Shown here one piece after another: positions 30,323 to 41,616 of a stretch of DNA of 64,000 nucleotides (position 1 is its first letter; each line of letters begins with the position of its first letter). Made by a program: the position numbers and the translations under genes. The DNA is from Diplonema japonicum (Eukaryota; Protista; Euglenozoa: Diplonemea): NCBI GenBank assembly GCA_964019335.1, contig OZ025654.1, positions 496,001 through 560,000 of the forward strand. The letters are read 5' to 3'. The notes below the pieces were generated by a model. It was not told the DNA's origin. It was given only the letters and a program-made list of their open reading frames with translations, and made no database searches.

Positions 30323-31339
30323 TTTTTTTTTTTTTTCTGTTCTCCCTCCCCCGACCCACCCCTTTTTTTTTTTTTTTTTTTTTGTTTAAAGTTTTGGGTG
30401 CTTATTCGAAAGTACCTCCGTGAAAGAAAGGGAATAAGCATGTCCCCCCCCTTTTTTTTTCAGAAGAAAAAAAAATAGTGTTTTGTTTTATATACTTGTT
30501 TTCCAGCAGAAATAAGAAAAAGAAAAAGAGCGGAAAAAATGGGGCTTTGAATGCAACACTAAGTGGCGTTAAGTGTGCAACGAAGCACGAACTGTCTACT
30601 TGATTACAGGGGGCGCACCGCGGCTGAGTTGTAATTTCTTCTGCGTTCCGCGTCGTGTCCTTAATGCGTAGGGTGTGCAACTCAACCCTAGCCGGGGCGT
30701 CCCGGTAACCAAGATTCTGCGCTCATGCAGTTTGCTGCCTGTTCGTTACCCTGAGTCTTACTCGGGCGCTCCCCAAAAAAAAAAACCTGCCAAAAAAAAA
30801 AAAAAAAAAAAAAGGGAAGCCGAAAAAAAACCGTCAAAAAAAAAGGGGGGCAAAAAATAAAGAAAATGGGGCTTTGATTGCAACACTAGGTGGCGTTAAG
30901 CGTGCAATGTAAAAAAAACTAGTATACAAGAAACAAAAAAGAAATTCACTATGATAGGAACGAAGTGGTCAGCAACGGCCCTAAAAAAAGAAAAATAAAG
31001 GAGTCCAGTGTTGGCGGCGCCCTGCACAAGAACTGTCTACTTGATTACAGGGGGCACACCGCGGCCGAGTTGTAGCTTCTTCTGCGTTCCACATCGTGTC
31101 TTTAATGCGTGCGGTGTACAGCAGCTCAACCCTAGCCAGGGTGCTCCCGGGTAACCAAGATTCGGTGCTCATGCAGTTTGCTGCCTGTTCGTCACCCTGA
31201 GCATCTGCGTTACGTTCTTCCACTCGGGCTACCGGTGATGACCACATCTGATGTACTTCTTATATTTCATGTTATCCCCACCACTAATGTTCCGTTTTTT
31301 TTTTTTTTTTTTTTTTTTTTTTTGTATGCACGCCGTTCC

Positions 31340-33205
31340 CTAAGAGCGCATGCGCCTTGTCATGACAAGCGCGAACTCATCGAAGGACAGCTTCCCATCC
31401 TTGTTCGAGTCATACTGCTTGAAAAGAGTGTCTGCTCCCGCGTCGGTTTGCAAGCCGAAGTTCTCCAAGGCGTCATACGAGGCTTTAAACTCTCTGAGGG
31501 ATATGCCTCCCGAGCCGTCTGCGTCGATCGCATCGAAGGCAGTTTTAAGCGCGCAGTCTAGTGAAGAGATGGGCTTACCGGTCATGTCTAAGAGGTCCTG
31601 GAGGATCTTGGTGACGTTGTGCTGAGGGGCTGCGGTGATGTCGCGCAGAGTGAACGCGTTGGCTACCGAGCAGAACCTGAAGAAAAACTCGGAGAGCTCG
31701 TCCTTCTTCTGCGTCGCAACGACCACCAGGTAGGACCCCGCCTCCATCTCCTCCCATTTCCCGATGGATTTCATAAGAGGTGATTTTACAATAGCGTTTG
31801 AACGCCTCAAAGGAGCTGACAAATCATCTGGTGCTTTGAAGACATTGATCATCATGTAAGGATGGTTTTCTGAGGAGAACCGAGCGTCGGGGGGTTTCAA
31901 TTCAAAGAAGCATCTCATTGGCTGTGAAATCTCAAGATGAAAACGCGGGTTCGTATTATACCCAGGACCGGAATGCCCTCCCGCGGTAGCCTCCGTCCAA
32001 GCCGACTTGATACCTTGGTATTCGAAGCCCTCCATGATGTTGTGGCATAAGTACACCGATTCGAAATATTTCTCGCAGTCCGACCATTCCATCCAGAATG
32101 CACCATCGTCTTTGCATTTGTCATCACGCGAGGTCACAAGCTTCTCTTTCAAATCCGGTCTGGATTCCCAGGATGAATGGTTGTCTGAGTAACGGCCTTT
32201 CCATTCTGTGCTGCCCCAAGGGTTGCGGATCCTGACGAATCTGTCGCTCTCATCGTGGTGGAAGTCGATGATGCTGTATTCGTGCCATGTTACCAGACCG
32301 AGTTGTGTTTTTTCGTCTTCGTTGGATTCTCCGCATGAGATTGTGCAGCAGCCTTCTCTCGATAACACGTCGCAGATCGACGTGAACTGTTCGTCAGCAG
32401 TTTCGCCTTCTTTCCAAGGTGTGTATTTGGAATACCCCCCAGACAGGTCATTGAATAAACTTTCAGCGGTGGCCGAACGTTCTCCATCCTTGGCAGCGAC
32501 ACCACCGTCGAGGACCTGGTAGTTCCCGTGAAGCTTAGCGTACGCTTTTTCAAGGATCATCACCCATATTTCGCCGTTTTCGGAATGCGAAAACGAAGGC
32601 CGTTCGTATTGATCTGCTGGTACGTAGTCATCTACCACGACGTAGCGTTCCTTGTTGTCGATGATGAATCGCACGGAGTACACGCCGTACGGATTGAAGC
32701 AAGGAGGGTGGAATATGGAGGTTAAGTCGGTGTGTTTTGACAATGCGGAGACAGCTGATAAAAGCCAGCAGTCACCCAGGCCGCCTTGTTGCACGTCGTC
32801 TGGGTTTACACCGTCCTTGAACAGTGAGGGTTCCCAGAAGAGGTCTGATGCGCGTTTCCATGATTTGACGGGGAAGTCTTGTTCTCGTTGGGAGCCCCAT
32901 AGGCTTTTGTCGCTTGGTTCGAAGGAAGGGTCTTTGAACCTTGTTTCCGTCTCAACACATTTTGCTAGTATGTCCTCGCAAGGGTCTTCGTTGTACACAT
33001 TGTGCTTCCACACTTCCTTGGCCTCCAAACAGGTTTTCGCCACAGACTCGTTCAGGTCCTGCATATTGTCCCAGCCTCTTTTGTGCTTGTCCTTGTTCTT
33101 TGCAACGGTCTTGCCCCCCATGATCGGGACCTTGCTCTCCACGTGCGGTACCATCGATGCCTTTGACACCGCTGAGGACAGGTCGTCTGGAAGAGTTCTC
33201 ACCAT
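31340..33205 (-). CDS. Calpain-family cysteine protease (CysPc, domain III, two EF-hands)
   Basis: QGGLGDCWLL, LEKAYAKLHG, WHEYSI, RIRNPWG, WTEATAGG, NPRF; EF loops DADGSGGISLREF and DSNKDGKLSFDEF. Confidence 0.93.
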   Translation of the reverse strand: MVRTLPDDLSSAVSKASMVPHVESKVPIMGGKTVAKNKDKHKRGWDNMQDLNESVAKTCLEAKEVWKHNVYNEDPCEDILAKCVETETRFKDPSFEPSDKSLWGSQREQDFPVKSWKRASDLFWEPSLFKDGVNPDDVQQGGLGDCWLLSAVSALSKHTDLTSIFHPPCFNPYGVYSVRFIIDNKERYVVVDDYVPADQYERPSFSHSENGEIWVMILEKAYAKLHGNYQVLDGGVAAKDGERSATAESLFNDLSGGYSKYTPWKEGETADEQFTSICDVLSREGCCTISCGESNEDEKTQLGLVTWHEYSIIDFHHDESDRFVRIRNPWGSTEWKGRYSDNHSSWESRPDLKEKLVTSRDDKCKDDGAFWMEWSDCEKYFESVYLCHNIMEGFEYQGIKSAWTEATAGGHSGPGYNTNPRFHLEISQPMRCFFELKPPDARFSSENHPYMMINVFKAPDDLSAPLRRSNAIVKSPLMKSIGKWEEMEAGSYLVVVATQKKDELSEFFFRFCSVANAFTLRDITAAPQHNVTKILQDLLDMTGKPISSLDCALKTAFDAIDADGSGGISLREFKASYDALENFGLQTDAGADTLFKQYDSNKDGKLSFDEFALVMTRRMRS

Positions 33206-34596
33206 TTTCCTTTCTATTTTTTTTTCTTCCCCGCTTCTCCGTACTTGTTTTTTTTCTTTTTTTTTTTTTTTTTTTTTTCCCCTCGTTAGAATCGAAAAAG
33301 AATTCAAAAAAATTGAAAAACAGGGGAGACATAAAAAAGTATTGAAAAAAACGGGGGGGGGGAGTGCTAATAATAAAAGTCAGAAAAAAGAATGAAATAA
33401 AAGGGGGGGGGGGGAGACGAAAGAAAAGTAATTTCTGGAGAAGTTTTATAACCCGTAAAACACGCTGGCCACGCTCCCCCCTTATTTCTTGTTTAGACTA
33501 AGCCAAGGACTCGTTCTTGCAAAAACTAGTTTGGCGCACGAGACGGGATTTTACCTAATAAAATAGCTCATTACGCTGCCATCAACTAGTTTTTAGTCTC
33601 GACAATAATATTGTTAAAACAAAAAAAAAAAAAGAAGATAGCGTTCTTCCACCATAGGTAGGCGGTTTGCATTGGTCTGGGTGCTCCACATGGGAGGCAA
33701 CGGGCTTCCCTTGTGGTGGGTGGGAACCATCTCTTCGCCACGGCCCGTCCGGCCGTGGGCAGGTGAATGGGGGAGGTCAGCTGTCTCAAACCTCCACGAC
33801 CCCCCCAAAAAAAAGTGGGGCGGCATTGACTAAAGGAAAAGAGGTGAAAAATGTCAAATCTTAAAGCGAAAACTCACATGACGCACTTGGAGGCGAAGAG
33901 GAGGGGGGGGGGGGGAATAATACAAAAAGAAAAAAAACCTCAGAGTGAGAAAGCAAAGAAAGAAAGAAAAAAAAGAAGGGTGTAAACTTTTTTTTTTGTT
34001 TCTCTAAAATATTATTATTATAACTTCTTTTTATTTTCTTTTCCTTTTTTTTTTTTCTTTCTTCAATCAGGGTCTTTCTGCTTTACGAAAAAAAAAAAAA
34101 AAAAGCGGCATATTTTTCCGTAGACAATTTGTATTCTCAAAAACCCGAAGGGAAAAAATATAGATGAGTTAAGGAAGTCTTTGTGAGGCCCCCCTTTGTT
34201 CTCATTAAAAAAAAAAAAAAAAAGAAGAATAAGCAACTGCAGGCCCAGTCTACTTGATTCCAAGGGTTAAGCCGTAGGGTGTGCAACTCAACCCTAGCCG
34301 GGGGCGTCCCGGGTAACCAAGATTCTTCACTCGTAATGTTTCTCCCGCTCGGGCGCTACCGGTGATGACCGACGAGGAGGTCAACAGCGAACACATCTGA
34401 TGTACTTCTTACCAAAAAAGAGAGAGAGAAAAAAAATGCTACTTTGGGTTTTTTTTTTTACTCCTCAATATTGCATTCACTCATCTAGTTCTTTGGGTTG
34501 TCCCAAACCTCACAGGTAGGTAAGTCTGAATGAGGCAGAGAATGAGGAGAGTGTTACCAAAGCTTTCGTTGTGAATAAATAGCTTTTTATTTTCTT

Positions 34597-34632
<36 letters not shown>

Positions 34633-34903
34633 TTCGTTCTTTTTTTTTTTTTCCCCACCACACAGCGAAATGGCATAAGGGCACACACGAGGAAAGAAAA
34701 AAGAGTCGATTTTTAGCATTTGTCTGCGAATGCGGTATAAATCCTGAAATATATACTGCATGTTGCCACTACTCCCAAATATAAAAAAAAAAAAAAAAAA
34801 AAAAGAGTCGGCTGATTGTTACTCTTTCTAGCAATAACAGTTCTTTTCAAAAGTAAAAAAAAAAGGGGGGTGTCAGCTATTTATGAGCTCCATCATTTTT
34901 AGA

Positions 34904-34948
<45 letters not shown>

Positions 34949-34950
34949 GC

Positions 34951-35081
34951 TATTTACTGCCAACAAGTAATGACTTTACCGTTACCTCGAGGTTCCGCAT
35001 TTTACCGTCGAGGGCCCGCAGGGCCCGAGATGGTAAAATGCGGAACCGAGAGGTCGGTAAAGCATTACTTGGCGGTAGGTA
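34951..35081 (+). repeat. Long imperfect hairpin
   Basis: Perfect 16-bp core ggttccgcattttacc (34991-35006) / ggtaaaatgcggaacc (35032-35047) plus outer stems. Confidence 0.85.
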
Positions 35082-35086
35082 AGTGG

Positions 35087-35709
35087 TTTTATTTCACGAC
35101 ACTCAGAAATTACTTCACCACGAGGGGCACAACGGGGTGACAAGGGGTACAACAAGAGAGGGGTTACAAAGGTTACAATACAAGTTGTTTTCCCTCCTTT
35201 TGTTGACTAAGAGCTGCCGCTGTCGCTGGCATTGCCACTGTCACCATCTCTAATCAGGCCTTCCCATACCTAGCGCGGCCGCTGGCTCCTTTTTTTCTGC
35301 TGCTTCGGTATTTTGAAGTCATTTGGGGAGCTTGGGTAAGCTGACTAAGTTACCCTTACCCACAGAAGAGTTACCCCCAGAAACTGGGAACAAGGCCTAG
35401 CCAAAAGTGGGCAAATTGGGAGGAAAAAGTAGTCCAACTTGGAACTGAGCCGAGGCAAAAGTTGGCCAATTGAGCTGAACCTGTGGGGAAATAGCAAACT
35501 GAGAGGAAAAAGTAGCCCCACTGGGAACCGAACCGAGGCAAAAATTGGCCTACCGAGGCATATTATTTAACGGAAACCCCCTATTACTTCACGGAAAACA
35601 GGCCATTATTTCACCGTGAAGTAATGAGATTTAGCGTGAAGTAATGAGATTTAGCGTGAAGTAATGGGCCCCCCAGTGCGTGAAGTAATTTCTGAAGAGT
35701 GAAATAAAA
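35087..35709. mobile_element. Inverted-repeat-bounded element with a subterminal motif array (MITE-like)
   Basis: tcagaaattacttcac (35103-35118) / gtgaagtaatttctga (35680-35695); 20-bp tandem cgtgaagtaatgagatttag from 35615. Confidence 0.55.
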
Positions 35710-37092
35710 AAAGAAAATGACTTGTTCCCGATTCAGATGGACATCTGTCTTTTTTTTTCTTCCAATTTCTCTGGTTCAAAACCATAACCCTCAAAGGGAC
35801 GAGGCGGGCGGCTTTTTCGTTATTGATTTTCTTTTTTGAAACGCGGGTTCCCCGGACTTTACAAAATATGGCTAGTTGCAGGGGGGGGGGTTGTGTTTTT
35901 TTTTTTTTTTATCTTGATTTTGGGGTCGATATTTTGCGTTTGTTTAGTCAACAGGATTTCAGCCATATTCCTCGCCATCCCCAAATGAATTCAGGGCACG
36001 AAGTTCCTCCGGTTGATGCTTTTTTTTATTTTTTTTTTGAGCATTTAAATCAACAAATTGGGGTAGGAGATAACGGGAAAAAAGAAAAAAAATATCGATT
36101 TTAACGTCAGGGTAGGTTGGGTTTTTGTAGTCTAACATCTTTTTCTTCTGCCGAAATGTAACGTCCTTGTGTTACCCTGTTATGAGAGGTCAGTTTGTGC
36201 CTGGGTGACAAAGGTTTGCTTTATTCTTCTTTCGCCGAGCATCACCCTGGCACAGAAATGACTCGCACAAGGGGAGGTGTCGTTACTCACCTAGACCCGG
36301 CCAAAGGTCTTGCTGCCCCATTTTGAAGAATATCAAAAAAAAAAAAAAAAAGACAATGATCTATCAAACCTATTTTACTCTCAAGAATTTCAATTCTAAA
36401 GAGCAGAGTGAAAAAAAAATATAGTTTTGAAACCTGCTCTTCTTTTTTTTTCTTTTTTTTTTTTTCTTTTTTGGTTGGGTCCTCTGATGGCGTCAGAAGA
36501 CGAAAAAAAGGACAGTTTTGCCAAAAAAAAGACTTACTTTTGGGGAAGAAAAATTTCCTTTTTTTTCTTTTTTCTGGAAGAAAAAAACAGCAATTCCACA
36601 AGATTGTGTAAAAAATTGTTGTCAACAATCAAATAACAACAACAACAACAACAACAAAGACGCCCTTCTGAAAACTAAATTAACGATAAAAAATATGCCA
36701 TCGTCTATTTTAATCCGGGAAAGAGGTGACAAACGCACAACCTTCCCAATTTCTTATTTTATCTAATTCTGAGCAGCTCTCTTAAAGTTCACGCCAGGTG
36801 ACAGAGTGGGAGAGGTTTCAATAGAAAATTTCAAAGAGGTCGTTGAAGGGAACCTGCAGTACGTGACAGGATCGCCTTTAAACATCTGTACGATGAACGA
36901 CTCGCAAGTTCCTCCATCTGCACAAGCTATTGTAGGCTCAATGGAGCGATGAACCCCGGTACCCAGCACCGTGTTCAGTAAAGACTCGCATTGCGCCGCA
37001 ACAAGCAGGCAGCAGCGAAGCCACACTATCACCTCAGCACCCAAATTCTTTGCGAGAGCAGCTCATCATTAAATAAAATGTAGTATTGAATA

Positions 37093-37225
37093 AAAATCAG
37101 ATAGCCTGATTTCACTTTTGTGGGGACCCCCCTTTTTCTTTTGACGAGTGATTTTACTTAGTAAAATCACTCGTCAAAAAAAAAGGGGGGGACCCCACAA
37201 AAGTGAAATCAGGCTATCTGATTTT
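37093..37225. repeat. 133-bp near-perfect palindrome centred on 37159
   Basis: aaaatcagatagcctgatttcacttttgtgggg...gacgagtgattttact-t-agtaaaatcactcgtc...ccccacaaaagtgaaatcaggctatctgatttt. Confidence 0.95.
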
Positions 37226-38346
37226 CATTTAATAAAATAGCTATTTTCTATACTTATTTTTATTCTTCCATCCCGAATCTAAGGAGACGAGAAACGCAAT
37301 GTGGCGGCAGAAAGAAAAAAAAAAAAAAAAAAAAAAAACTTTTTTTTCTTTTCTCGAGTAATCGCATGTGGATAAAAAAGACAATTTGAGAATGCAGTGA
37401 GGGCGTCTGGAAAGGAGGCCCGTGCCAATGCAGGTACGAAAATAAAAGAAATGCTTATAACTTCATCTCACACAAGACAATCGCACATAAAAAAAAGGGG
37501 GGGGGGAATATTTCGTTGTGGTACAAACCCTGAGATAAGTATGTCACTGCCCTTTTTTAAAAAAAAAAAAAGAAAAAGAAATGGCAAAAAGAGAAAAAGA
37601 AAATTGTTCTTGAGCTGCAACACAGTTACAAGAAAGCATGTTACTTTTAACTTGCAACCAGTTGCGTTCCTAAAAGCTTCATACCCGGAGGGGGGGGAAT
37701 GCAACCGTGCTTGCTTTTTGTCAAGCACAAGCCAAGTCTTTTCTTTTTTATGTTTGCTTGTCAAAAATGGAGGGGGGGGGGGGGGGGGCTGATGGAAAAG
37801 AGGTGTTAGCAACACCCTCAAAGATGCTAAAGGCGAAAGAGGAGAAAAAAAATAGGAATATTCTATTTCCAACCCGCGGCCTCGCGCCGAAGAAGAAGAA
37901 TAACTAGACATTTTGAAAAAAAAAAAGAAGAAGAAAAAAAAAAGTTGGGGAAAAAAAAAAAAGAAGAAAAAAGAAATTGGGTGTGCGTTTATAAACAAAA
38001 AGGGGAGGGAATAAAATAAAATATACGTAAAAAGTTTCTTTTTTTTTTTGCATCCCCTTCACTCTGCTTCTACAGCACCTACGGTAAAGTCGTTGTTGTT
38101 GAGGATAGCAAAGGTGTGGGTGAATTGGGGGGGGGGGGGGGGGTGGAAGAAGGAAGGGGAGAGGAGAAACTGATACACAAATAAAACGTAAAAAACATAA
38201 CAAAGTTAAAAAAAAAAAAAAAAAAAGAGGGTTGGAGACGGAGGCAAAATATTTAGTTTTTTTTTTTTCCCTCCCTTTTTTTTAAAAAAGCCAAACCCCT
38301 GTTCTTTATTTTTTTCTTTTTTTTTATTCACCCCCCCCCCCTTTTT

Positions 38347-38745
38347 TTATAGTTGCGTGATATCATAAGTGTTGCATGAAGGTGGAGGGAGCTGCATAGT
38401 ACTAGGTTCATAGAGGCAAAGATTTGACTTTTGTGCATCGTCTTCGAGCAGCTCAATGGAGAGGCCCGTGTTTGCCTCAGACGGAGCGGCAGTAGTTGCT
38501 GAACTCATTCGCTTAAAGCTCATGCCGTCCGTGCCCTTTCGTAATCGGATGTATAGCAGCCCGATAGAAATGAAAGCAAAGCACACCAAAATACCGATAG
38601 CCATCCCCAACGATCCCGTAGGATCCCCCACTTCATCATCTGCCACCACCAACGTGGCCGTGGCACAATTGCACTCCACTGCACCCCATCCAACCGCCAA
38701 CACTACCGCCCCAAAGGCATGTTTTCGTCTTGTCCGTGCACCCAT
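38347..38745 (-). CDS. Small predicted single-pass membrane protein
   Basis: GC-rich island; signal-like AFGAVVLAVGWG and TM GMAIGILVCFAFISIGLLYI followed by RLRK. Confidence 0.6.
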   Translation of the reverse strand: MGARTRRKHAFGAVVLAVGWGAVECNCATATLVVADDEVGDPTGSLGMAIGILVCFAFISIGLLYIRLRKGTDGMSFKRMSSATTAAPSEANTGLSIELLEDDAQKSNLCLYEPSTMQLPPPSCNTYDITQL

Positions 38746-38906
38746 AAAAAATATTTGAAAATATTTTTTTACGTGCAGCCAATGCTCATTTTTTTTTTTT
38801 TTTTTTTTCCCCCTTTACCACACAATCTTTTTTTTTGATTTTTTTTTTCTAAAGACGGGGAGAGGGAAAAAAACATAAAAAAAGGGGGTTACTTTTAAAG
38901 ACTAAA

Positions 38907-38942
<36 letters not shown>

Positions 38943-39070
38943 GTTCGTTTCGTTCATTTTCATTTTTTTTTTTTTCGAAATCTCTGTCAGTGACAAACGA
39001 AATGTTTCTTTTTTTAACCAAGCAAAAAAAAAAAAAAGACCCCCCCCCAAAAAAAAAGACTGTGATAGCG

Positions 39071-39118
<48 letters not shown>

Positions 39119-39137
39119 AGAAACATCAGTTTCCATC

Positions 39138-40358
39138 CTAAATAAGCTCATGAATAGTGTCCGCGGCCATCTTTGCGGAGTCTCGATAAGAGAACAGATG
39201 CCCCTGCAGCGCGGCCATGGAAGGCGACGGTGTAACGTTTTGGAGGTTTTCCACAAACGTCTCAGCATGCGCCAGCTCACCGGGAAAGAACCGCAAAAAC
39301 AAATGAAGCTGCTGCGAGGATGTGGAGTTGGGAAAGAGCAACTTGACATCACACCGCCCAGGGCGGATCAGCGCATCGTCCAACCGATCAACATGGTTAG
39401 TAGTCAAAAAGAGCAACCGCCCTTCCTGTGCAGCCACACCATCCACCGAGTTCAACACTCCAGACACCGTCACACGGGAGTCGGAAGAAAACGCTCGATC
39501 AACATCTTCAAGCAACACTATACTTCGCTGCGGGGCTGTATTTAACAACATCAACAATCCTTCATCATCTAACTGCCTGTTGCTCAACGACAGCATGCAA
39601 ATCGCCATATCTAACGCTCCAGCTAGAGCAAGTACAAACGATGACTTCCCACAACCTGGCGGTCCATGTAAAAGGTACCCTCTTCTGTAAGGTATACCCA
39701 TCTTTTCGTACCATTCGCGGGCTTCGAGAAAATCTCTAATATCTGTCATCATCTTCTCTTTCTTATCGCCCGGAAGGATCACCGACGTCATTGGTTTTTT
39801 AGCCCTCGGGTCTGAAAAGCGCGTCCACTTTGCCCCCGTGCACGTGTATATTATTGTTCTGTTCTTGTCTAGTATAGAAGCTTCCTCTGTTGCCGCCTCG
39901 ATAATGCTCTCCAAGGCTCCCCATGACGAGCCAAGCGTGAAAAGCTGCGCTGTTTCCAGCACATCCGTTCCCATTGTTTTCTCCACCTGCCGTTTTCGGT
40001 TCATCCAATATAGTCTTCCGTTGTGCACGAAGTAGTGCAGGCCGGGTGAAGGGACGTATCGCACCTTTGATGTGATGCTGTTGTTAGCGTGGATGACCAC
40101 GTTGTCGGTCATGGCGGACTTGTGGAGGTATGAGCCGCCATGGTGCTTTGCCACCCATTCCATGAGCCAGGCGTAGGAGGGGTCTTTATTGGTCATTTCG
40201 ACTGATGTGATGAGCTTCCTCCTCGCCACTTCTTTAACCGTCCTCCACCCCATCCTGCCAACCATCAAAGCCGCTCCTATGCCGTACAAACCCGCCCCTG
40301 CATTGAAATAAGGGTTCGCCGTTACCGAGGACAGAACACCGTCGTTTAGGCTCAACAT
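39138..40358 (-). CDS. BCS1: Mitochondrial AAA chaperone BCS1
   Basis: NPYFNAGAGLYGIG, PSPGLH, GIPYRRGYLLHGPPGCGKSS, LLEDVD, LFLTTNH, ALIRPGRCD, SMAALQG. Confidence 0.95.
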   Translation of the reverse strand: MLSLNDGVLSSVTANPYFNAGAGLYGIGAALMVGRMGWRTVKEVARRKLITSVEMTNKDPSYAWLMEWVAKHHGGSYLHKSAMTDNVVIHANNSITSKVRYVPSPGLHYFVHNGRLYWMNRKRQVEKTMGTDVLETAQLFTLGSSWGALESIIEAATEEASILDKNRTIIYTCTGAKWTRFSDPRAKKPMTSVILPGDKKEKMMTDIRDFLEAREWYEKMGIPYRRGYLLHGPPGCGKSSFVLALAGALDMAICMLSLSNRQLDDEGLLMLLNTAPQRSIVLLEDVDRAFSSDSRVTVSGVLNSVDGVAAQEGRLLFLTTNHVDRLDDALIRPGRCDVKLLFPNSTSSQQLHLFLRFFPGELAHAETFVENLQNVTPSPSMAALQGHLFSYRDSAKMAADTIHELI

Positions 40359-40413
40359 TTCCTTTTTTTTTCCCCCCCTTCTTTTTTTTTTTTAATTTTC
40401 TGGGGAAAGAAAG

Positions 40414-40449
<36 letters not shown>

Positions 40450-40468
40450 CTTGGCCTTCTGGGAGGTG

Positions 40469-41527
40469 TTATTTCAGTAGAAATTCACCTGCAGTGAGTT
40501 GGGCATTGCACCTGCACGCGTGCACATCACACCCAGCTTCTTCTGCAAGACACAAGACACTGTCAAGTAGCTCTAGAAATACGGTTTTTTTGTACTTTCG
40601 GTACAAGTCGATGACGGTATGGGTCAAGGCGTGGTACGACCTTGCGGTTGGCATTGTAGAGAGGGAGAGGTGTTCGGCCCAGGCAGCGAGAAGGGGCTCC
40701 GGGTAGTTGGGAGTCAGCGAGAGGCAATCCATGAGCAGGTTGAAGGCAACGACATCAAGACCGATGGTTTTCTTCGCAGACAAAAGTACAGAGAGCGCGG
40801 CTTTATGATTGCAAAGCGTGAAATAAAGCTGCGCGGTAATCGTATATATCGCAATGTTCCTTGTCTCAATCCCAAGAGCGGTCATCATTTTTAAAATTTT
40901 CTGAACTGTGCGTAATGACTGTGCGGAGCGTAGGAGTGCCATACAGGTGTCGGCAGTGACTGCGATGCCGTCCCGCCTCATCTTTTTGAAAGTTTTGAAT
41001 GCGGAAGCTTCATCGCCTAGTCTGGCGTGAGATGCTATGAGTGCCGCGTAGTGCCCACCGCTTGCAGGAAGGCTTTTAATAATCGCCTCGCATTCTCGAG
41101 GCCTCCCTAACCTCTGGTTTAAAATCAATTTAGCGTAGATTCGTTGTCTCTCAGTTACGCTGAATGCCTCCAAGATATGTTCTGTTACATTCTTATGCCC
41201 ACGTTTCGCAGCCACACCGAGGGACAGGTTTACGACGTTGTCTTGCACTTCGTAAGGTAAGCTTTTCAGATATCGCACAAGGTCCTCCCCACCGTCCACT
41301 GTGGTGAGCCTCATCACTTCCCGTTCTTCTTGCTCGTAGGTTTCTAGCGGTTTGTAGGTGTTGGTTGGGTAAGAAAAACCAGTTGTGTCTATTATGCCTT
41401 GCACTTCCCTGCAGACCACTTGTCGCCTCCCGACCCTGTTCGTGGCCGCCGTTGCCCGTTGGAGTTTTCTCGTTTCCGGCAGCATACTGTCGATCACATT
41501 GTTCAGAAAAATTAATTTAGGCCGCAT
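40469..41527 (-). CDS. Pentatricopeptide-repeat (PPR) protein
   Basis: YAALIASHARLGDEASAFKTFKKMRRDGI, DVVAFNLLMDC, PTARSYHAL. Confidence 0.75.
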   Translation of the reverse strand: MRPKLIFLNNVIDSMLPETRKLQRATAATNRVGRRQVVCREVQGIIDTTGFSYPTNTYKPLETYEQEEREVMRLTTVDGGEDLVRYLKSLPYEVQDNVVNLSLGVAAKRGHKNVTEHILEAFSVTERQRIYAKLILNQRLGRPRECEAIIKSLPASGGHYAALIASHARLGDEASAFKTFKKMRRDGIAVTADTCMALLRSAQSLRTVQKILKMMTALGIETRNIAIYTITAQLYFTLCNHKAALSVLLSAKKTIGLDVVAFNLLMDCLSLTPNYPEPLLAAWAEHLSLSTMPTARSYHALTHTVIDLYRKYKKTVFLELLDSVLCLAEEAGCDVHACRCNAQLTAGEFLLK

Positions 41528-41616
41528 TTTTTTTTTTTTTTTTTTTTTTTCCCCCCATTAGAATAAATATTCATTTATAAAAAAGGAAATTTAGAAAAAA
41601 AAAAAAATATATATAT

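Noticed and set aside
33640-33810. GC-rich island with a hairpin followed by CGAA, as a possible third HDV-like ribozyme
   Set aside because: Could not place P1/P2/P3 in order; may be a decayed LINE coding fragment
35615-35666. CRISPR-like repeats
   Set aside because: Head-to-tail 20-mers with no unique spacers; eukaryotic context; no cas genes
36763-37044. 93-aa minus-strand ORF
   Set aside because: Non-ATG start and no recognisable domain; possibly a relic but unsupported
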